From NCBI GenBank assembly GCA_011109175.1, contig RDEW01000025.1, positions 31,990 to 95,989 on the forward strand: DNA of 64,000 nt, in the 5' to 3' direction. The stretch comes from Dicyema japonicum. Taxonomy: Eukaryota; Animalia; Dicyemida. The position numbers and the translations under genes were made by a program. Within the stretch, counting starts at the first letter, position 1. Each line of letters starts with the position of its first letter. Below the pieces are notes generated by a model that saw only the letters and a list, made by a program, of their open reading frames with translations, ran no database searches and was not told the origin of the DNA. Positions 56,680-64,000 of the stretch are shown here, one piece after another.

Positions 56680-58145
56680 GTTGGTCGCTCCCATAGATCG
56701 GTCAGTCCCGGTATGTAGATCAATATTGTGCCAATTAATGATATTCAAATAGGTTATTTGTTGTCAACACGTGGAGGTTGCAAAAGGAACAGAGGATATC
56801 GTATGCTGGTAGATATTGGTAGTGCCCACATCGTAGGCTAGCAAAGTTCACTCGGACATCCCTCGGAAGAGGAGATTCCTATTGGTCTATTGGAGGAGGG
56901 AGTCGGTGTAGTATTTTATTGTTTCCGAGTCTTCGGATGCTTCTCGTAGAAAAAAAACGTGCATCTGTTTCAGACGACTATTGTCATTGGGGTTGGAAGG
57001 GATGGATGATAACATTCAAGACAGGTCACTTGTCATAATAATTTTTCTTTTGTTGCATAGGAAGTGGCAGGGATGTTCTAGGCTGTAGGCTTGGGAGAGG
57101 AACTGCAGGGCTCTCATTTCCAGATGGTGTCCAATTGGGAGGATCTTTGATTCCCAATGTAGATGTAGATGATCTGAACATTCATTAATTGTCCTGAGCG
57201 CGATGTTTGTATTTTTTGTAGTTTGTCAATTGAAGTAAGAGAGGCAGAGGTTGACCAGCAAGGACTTGCATAGTTAATAGTTGTTTGAATGAATTGTTTA
57301 TATATGATGGTTAGGGCTTCTTTGCTTTAGCCGAAGGAATGGCCTGACAAAGCTTTAAGTAAGTTGATCATGCGAGATGTCTAACATGTTTAGAGAAAGT
57401 TAGTAGTTGGTCAAAAAAAACTACAAGTATTTTGAGGTGTTTCGTAACGGTGAGTGTTTTATAATGAATTGTTAAAATTGGTTAAAAATTTAGTTGGCGA
57501 CGGTTGGGCGTTAATAATGTGACGGTGAATTTCTATGGAGAGGGGGATAGGTGGTTTGCTCCAAGCCACTCTTCAAGAGTGTTCAAATGGTTCTGAACAT
57601 CCTTCTCTGCTTCGTTAACGTCTATGTCTTTAGAGGTGATAATCAGGTCATCCGCATACGATAGGAGAAGTGTTTTGGAATTGGTTGGAATATCGCTCAT
57701 GTGCAAGTTAAATAAGGTAGGTGACAAAACGGAGCCAGGGAACTCCATTTGGAAGGACTCGGTAGTAAGATAGACAAGACATAATTTCAGCCCGACCAAT
57801 TCTTACAGAAAGGAAATTTGTTAGCCAATTCTGAAGACGTGGATGAATTCGATATGCAAGAATTTTGTTACTTAGGACCCGCCTTGATGTTCGATCAAAC
57901 GTCTTGGTTAGGTCAATGATAGTCCGTTTGGGAGGATTATAATTGTTGAAACCATCAGCGATATGTTGAGATATGGTAGAGAGATGTGTTGATGTTGAGT
58001 ATTGTGGACGAAGCCATGTTGAAAATCAGGGAAGGGAAGATACTTCGATTTTAGGAATACAACACGTTCAACAATTTTCGATACTACAGATAGTAGTGAA
58101 ATTGGTCTGAAAGATCCCGGATCCGAAGGAACTTTCTTGAGCTTA
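56680..58145 (-). mobile_element. Jockey/I-type LINE: RT and 3' end, decayed
   Basis: DPGSFRPISLLSVVSKIVER, FQHGFR, GSVLSPTLFN, SYADDL and PRDVRVNFASLRCGH are present. Confidence 0.85.
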
Positions 58146-58879
58146 AGGATTGGGATTATTCATATTGACTGTTTTTTTGCTACTTTGTGGACATTGTTCA
58201 AAACATACATGTACTACAACACAAAAGATAGATTCCGGCTGGGTCGAGAATCCTGAACAGCTCTTTTCATTGGACATGGCATCTGCTCAAAATTTCTGTA
58301 TGATTGTAGATAATTCGATAGTGTATGGAATAGAGGGCAGCTCGGTAAACTAGCCTCTTTAAGAGTTTCCGTTGTAATTCGATTAAGAAATTTTCAATGG
58401 GCTGGATTTTGTGTTCTGGTCCAATTAACCTTATTGCAGTCTTTTCGATTGCAGATAGTTTCAATGAGGAAAGCATTTGCAACACGGAAATCAAATTAAT
58501 AGTTAATTCTTTGTAAACTTTTTTTCTTTTTTCTGTTATTTAATGACTTGAATCTGTAAGAAAGTAAAGTTAAATAATAGATTTAGGTCAATATGAACTA
58601 CCTATTCATGTGCAAAATGAAGAGGTAATGAATCATACCAATTGAGATTGCTAAAGACACCAGATTCAAGCAATCCAAAAATAGTCCCCGAAAATTTTGT
58701 CAAATGTTTTTTCAAAGACATAATTGACTATTCTCTGAAACCTGGTGCCTTATAAACTAAATCTGTTTAATGCAAATTAACTAAATGACTAAAAGGTAAT
58801 CGATATCGTTATAATGCTTTGAATTTATTATTATTATTACAACATTCGTAAAACCATAATATCTATAGTTTTACTCGTC

Positions 58880-59166
58880 TTCTCTTGGACAAATATCTTA
58901 AAGATCAAGGCTGCCGAAAAAGAGCCTCCAAAATCACGGAACGCTGGATTTTTAGAGAGTTCCATCCACCAATGCCTCTTGAAGCCTTGATACGAATGAA
59001 CCATGGAAAGCGCCTCGTGACTCCGAAGATCCAGTCACTCGGTCGATACACACTTATGTGGGGTCGAGGGAGGAGCATCGGGCCAAGATGAGGTCCCTGC
59101 TAGAGCGTGCCGGAATCACGTGATTAGTTAGTTTGTGTAACTGTGGTCTCTAGTGCTATTATTATT
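58880..59166 (+). repeat. About 290-bp dispersed retro-element copy 3
   Basis: Aligns with copies 1 and 2 and has a (TTA)n tail. Confidence 0.85.
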
Positions 59167-59360
59167 AACTGAGCGATTCACCCTCGTGTGCAATCTCTCT
59201 CAAGTCTTCGAGATGCTCTCCACGTCTCAGTTTTCTTTTGACGTACTGGAGATCCCCTATCTCAAAAATGTACTTTTGGGCGTCCACTACAATGCGGTCA
59301 TTCAGATTAATTGTGTATCTGCCTGTCCGCAATCGATTTCGATTTCTAGAATACAATTTC
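59167..59360 (-). mobile_element. RTE LINE 3' remnant
   Basis: KRKLRRGEHLEDLREIA resembles KNLKTGDNLDELRSLA. Confidence 0.45.
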
Positions 59361-59749
59361 TTTAGGTGTTCAAATAAGTTACAAATGGAATCCTCTCAAA
59401 GCATGGTTAAGCACTTTAAGACTGGACAGTGCTCACGTGGATAAATTCCCAAATTAAAGAGTTCGAAAATTTTAATTCTCTAAAATAGTGCAAAAATGAG
59501 ATTTTGGAAATCAATTCGGCATTAGGCTCCACGTGGGAAGGCCTCCAAGCTACCTCATCCAGTTTACGTACATAGGTCGGTAGAGAAAGGTAGTTCCCAC
59601 ATCGTAGACTAGTCTGGTTTATCCCGATGTCCCTCGGAAAAGGAGATTCTGATTAGTCGATTGGAGGATAGGGACGGCGTAAAAATTACAAATACGTACA
59701 ATATGTGAAAAACTCGCCGTGGCTGTTGCCATTCCGAAATTTTCCTTAG

Positions 59750-60190
59750 TTGATGGCTTCACCAATATAATAGCGTTATTTTTCGTTGGGTTTTTAGAAG
59801 TTCCGTTATCATTTTGGATATACCATCTTCCACGAATGTGATAATCCTGAAATTTTCGTTACCAGCTTTGACTTTAAATTTTATTTTTCGTATACGCATG
59901 ACATCTCCTAGTAAATTGACGGGGGACAAATAATTTTTTGTTTCAAGATTAAGGAATAAGCCGACTTTGAACGTTCATTGACTACTATGCTATATAATTT
60001 CGAATCTTAATTGTCTTATTCCTATAACAATCTCTGTTTTGTCGTTTTCTTGATTCAACGATGATTTGGAAATAATGATATCTGCCATTGTAGCTACTAT
60101 TCCCTAGATTCAAAAGATTTTATCACCCACTTTAATCTTAACGGATTCAGTATTGTGGAAATGTCGTTACTGCATATTTATTACTTCCAT
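59750..60190 (-). pseudogene. Possible POT1-like OB-fold remnant
   Basis: KIKVGDKIF.I.GIV...IISKS and FKVGLF..NYLSPVNLLGDVMRIRKIKFKV resemble the POT1 OB1 (LKGGTIVNVYGVV..LSKG; LTCLLFSGNYEALP...GDIVRFHRLKIQV). In-frame stops are present. Confidence 0.35.
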
Positions 60191-60299
60191 GTTTAGATTC
60201 TTTGGTAAACCCAGCACAGTCACAATTAATTAATGATTAATTAATTTTCTACTGCATTAATGCCATATTGGTCAATTATGTAAGACATTTCACATTTAA

Positions 60300-60990
60300 T
60301 TTGTCCCTTCTAGACTCTACTCATGTGATCACAAACGATTCCACCATATCCCGGTACTGTCCTTCAAAATTCTACGGAGGAACTTGATCGAGGCCTCATT
60401 CTTCAAAACTGATCGAGATTCCTCCACGTGGATACCTTTTCTCACAAGTTGGTTTTCTGGTTCTTTGCAGAAGCGAAAGAACACTGACTTTCGAGGACGT
60501 TATAGCTTCTGAGTGTAGTCAGACGTATCAGGTTCTAGAGGAGAGCCAAAGACTTGCTGCATATCGTTCCAGTTGTCTCAATAGCATTTACACAGAACTT
60601 GAACCGGTAGACAAACCTTTGATATCTCATCCTTTTAGACTTCCATGCAGCGGGTATTGTCTTTATTGGGCTTCTGATGATGTTAGTGGAAGATAAGGAG
60701 TCAACACGCTGCGTACCACAGTATTGGTTTCACGTTCTGACGGAAAGATTCCTTTTCATTTTGGCCATTTTTCATCTCACAGGTCCAGCTTAATGGAGTA
60801 AAGTTCGGAAGGCTAAAGTACCTTTTTGTTGAATCTTTCAGTGATCTCTTCACTTCTAACGCTCCTCGATTCTGTTGATTGTAAAAGACCATTCTCTGAT
60901 CGCCCTGAACATCTACCTGCAAAGGATCTGGAGGTAACCCAGAGAGGAAGATTGATAAACTACCTGAAATTGCATTGGAAATGAACAATT
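60300..60990 (-). mobile_element. RTE-like RT N-terminal remnant
   Basis: TIPAAWK, LESQC.F and EV..SL...KNG are present. Confidence 0.45.
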
Positions 60991-61099
60991 GAAGAAGATT
61001 GACAATTTTATTAGTTTCTCTGGTTACACGTGATTTTTCATGCCATGAAAGTCCGCTAAATAATAATGATAACTATCTGTTTGGACTGTTACTTGATAT

Positions 61100-61800
61100 C
61101 GAAGGTTAAAACAACAAAGTAGAGCTGGAATTCAAAAGTTTATAACATAACCTTGAAATGTTGAGTTTAAGTGATAAAGAGTTCTCGGAGACTGATTATT
61201 CCCATTAATTATCAATTAATTATAAAATTTTTTTTAAATGTAAGAATTTCCTGGTTAACTTTGAAAACATTTATCTCATGTTATGTTGGAATTGACATCA
61301 GATGCAGGCTTTACAACGCCTTTATGAAACCGATCCTACTGTATAACGCTGGGACATGGGGAAGTTCCTTCAACGAACTATTGAAACTGGATTCGTTCCA
61401 TAGAAGGCAACTAAGAAGCTTACTCGGAATGGAGTGGCCACGTAGAATATCAACCACTGGTATCTACAACAAGTGTATGTGTTTTTACATCAGCAAGGAT
61501 GTGATAGACGCCCGGTGGAGGCTATTTGGGCATGTACTAAGAATGAACCCGGACGCACCCGCTAACAAAGCGATGGAAGATTACTTTGACAGATGCGAAA
61601 AACCCTTCCGCGGACGACCTAGATCGACACTTCCGACTGCCCTAAACAAAGACTTAAATCGTGTGAGAAAAAATCTAAAGACGGGAGACAACCTGGACGA
61701 ATTGAGATCACTCGCATTCGACAGAGGAAGATGGAAAAGACTAACTATAAATATTGTTTCTTTGAGTGTTGCACATGCGGGGCTATAATCATTATGGCTT
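61100..61800 (+). mobile_element. 5'-truncated RTE LINE with an open 3' ORF (61171-61788)
   Basis: Translation includes RLYNAFMKPILLYNAGTWG..LDSFHRRQLR..WP..WRLFGHVLRM..PANKAM..RGRPR..DRGRW. Confidence 0.9.
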
Positions 61801-63309
61801 TCGTGAAAGTGCCTTAATAATAATATGTATTCATTTCTTTCTTTAACATTCTTGTTTTAGAAGTACCAGATTTATGCTTATAATTCAAATATGTTTTCAA
61901 AGAAACTTGACCCAACCTCGTTTAGGTTGGGAAATCCTCGGGAACAGTGTGGGTTTCTTGAACCACTCGGAATTGCCATCGGTCGCAGAAATTTTTACGT
62001 TTTTTGGTAGCTGCCGTCTGCTTTTTTTTATGCTAACAATAAATATGAATTCAAATATTATGAATTGATGTCCAAAGATCATAATAGTACATGAGTAGAT
62101 CCCAATAATACAAGTAAAGAAGCCTTCCATGTCTCGGATTAATTGCCAAGATTATCTTTAAATAAAGTGAGTTCTTCCTAAGCTGAGATGAGTAATGGAA
62201 ACATTACTAGTGAGATATTGAGTCGCCTTGATGTTCCCACGTTATTTTTGAATTCCCGTGATGTCTCGTCGTTACCAGTTCTGTCAACTAAGTGTCAGCT
62301 GATAGTACTCTTATCTTGTATATTGAATCTTGATCAAGAAAGTTAGTCTAAATTTCCATATATCTTCGACGGTGGTTTGTGTTGAAATCTCGTGACATGT
62401 AAAATTGTGGCGCAGTTGAATTTTTGAAAGATCCACTGCGCCATCTGTGGAGACATACTCCGTCTGATGTTGATCCTTAGCTCTGAAACCGAATTAACTA
62501 AGTAAAGACATGTATCCCTGCACTTGATTCAAAACAATCAATGCCAAACTTTTGTAGAGTAGCAGTAAGATGACTAGCCGTAGATTTTCAAATGGCTCTG
62601 CCCTGTAGGATTTTGAATGAAAATTAAGAAGCTTTATATCCGCGGTTATGAAGAATTTGTAGCGAACATGTCTTTCAGTATATTTTCAAAAAAAAGTCTG
62701 TCGTAATTTAGCTGTTCTAGACAGATTTGGGTCCTGGACTACATTTGTTCTTTTGCATTGCAGGGATCACTGAAATTATTTGCTACTGAGAGTTTTTTTC
62801 CTAAGAAAATGGTTCGACGTGAACATTCTCATTATGGAATTTACTTTAAAGTGGTGGTCAGCAATGATTTATGTGAGCTGTAGCATATTCGGTACCTTCC
62901 GTCCTAGTCTTGAATTTCAGATTATTACTTTTTTCGATTCATAATGCCGTATTGACGATGACATTTCGCTGTGTTGAATTTGTACGCCTGGTTTATAGTT
63001 TTTTTATGGATGCCAATTATATAATAGAGAGATATCACGATATTTGCCTGAGGTCCTATGAGTTTGATGTGAATACAACAGGCATATACTCGGCTGGGTC
63101 GTAGAAATTTGATCGTCTTGTAAAATTCAATTCTTCCCTCCCTTCCTCAACCATTCTGTCAGTCAAGTTTCTCACGTGATCCTGAAATGCTCCAAGAGAG
63201 ACTTCAGCTAGGCACGATGTCCCTCCCTCGAGCCCACGCTGGTATGCATTGACCGTATAATTGATTCCTCTTAGTTGCAACGACACGTTCCTTGATTACT
63301 ACGTATTAA

Positions 63310-63650
63310 GGATTTGGGATAAGGCCTGCATCGACACCTTTTCCCAGTCGACACTTGCTGGTTCCGCGTTGAAAGCTGGGGAGGCTGCTCGGACTTTCGA
63401 GAATTTCAAAATAAAAAAATACGATAGCCTCTCCACAAGATTCCATGTACATCCCGTTGTTGTAGAGACGAGTGGAGTCTTCGGGCCAAAGACGATCTCT
63501 TTTCTAAGATCGCTTGGGTCAATTGTTTCGAAAGTCAGTAATGAGCGTGGGAAACCTAATGTTTGTTCCAAAGGATTTCTCTGGCATTTGTTAGGGGAAA
63601 CAGCCATTCTCTTCTATCAGCTAGATTATTTTGATTTTCTTGTTTCATAA
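63310..63650 (+). mobile_element. CRE-clade 3' fragment
   Basis: Translation includes IWD.ACIDTFS..AGEAA..KIKKYDSL..HPVVVETSGVFGP. Confidence 0.85.
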
Positions 63651-63879
63651 TCAATTGTTTTTAATTAAAAAAATAACTAACAATTAAATTAAATTCTTTT
63701 CCTTATTGATGAAGAGCGGATTCGAGAAGCAGCGATTCGGGAGGTTTGACTGTATATTAAATCTCGAATGAAAAATGTCACACGTAGCGTTCCAAACGAC
63801 ACAAATAGGATCTGGGACTCCACTAATAGGATCTTTTGGAATCCATTTTTATTCATCTTTCGCGCTATTTTCATGTGTC

Positions 63880-64000
63880 CGTTTATACCCCATAATTTGC
63901 CCCACACATAACGAGAAAATATTATTAATTGAGCACAGTTCGCCACATAGGTGGATTCATTAACTTGTATCGCGAAATTTTTCATGGCATTAACTTTTTA
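63880..64000 (-). mobile_element. hAT (Buster/Charlie-type) transposase fragment
   Basis: FAIQVNESTYVANCAQLIIFSRY matches FALQxDESTDxSNCAQLLVFVRY. Confidence 0.75.

Overview
This is AT-rich eukaryotic DNA in the standard genetic code, probably from a reduced or parasitic metazoan. It is a mosaic of a few host genes separated by dense, decayed transposon debris. Host genes or gene pieces are the IGBP1/TAP42 3' end, an ABHD11-like hydrolase, a Rabex-5/VPS9-like remnant, a PP2A B56 subunit, an unidentified multi-exon gene, SMC3 and a GT31 galactosyltransferase. Weaker candidates are POT1-, TRIM37- and MIOS-like remnants. All 26 introns I could delimit by restoring protein homology are GT-AG and only 20-25 nt long, and the SMC3 introns appear to sit at ancestral animal positions. 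Nearly every host gene carries frameshifts, mostly 1-2 nt contractions of homopolymers, so assembly error and true pseudogenisation cannot be separated from sequence alone. SMC3 also lacks its Walker A segment. Mobile DNA includes about 16 CRE-clade (RLE-type) retrotransposon fragments, RTE and jockey/I-type LINEs, a pogo/Tigger element with its empty site nearby, hAT and Ginger-like remnants, and a three-copy element of about 290 bp. The most striking single item is a decayed bacterial oligopeptide ABC ATPase (OppF/DppF-type) fragment at 16547-17058, between a tiny-intron host gene and a LINE, which is a candidate bacterium-to-eukaryote transfer. All homology calls come from reading motifs by eye; no database searches were run, and transposon boundaries are approximate.
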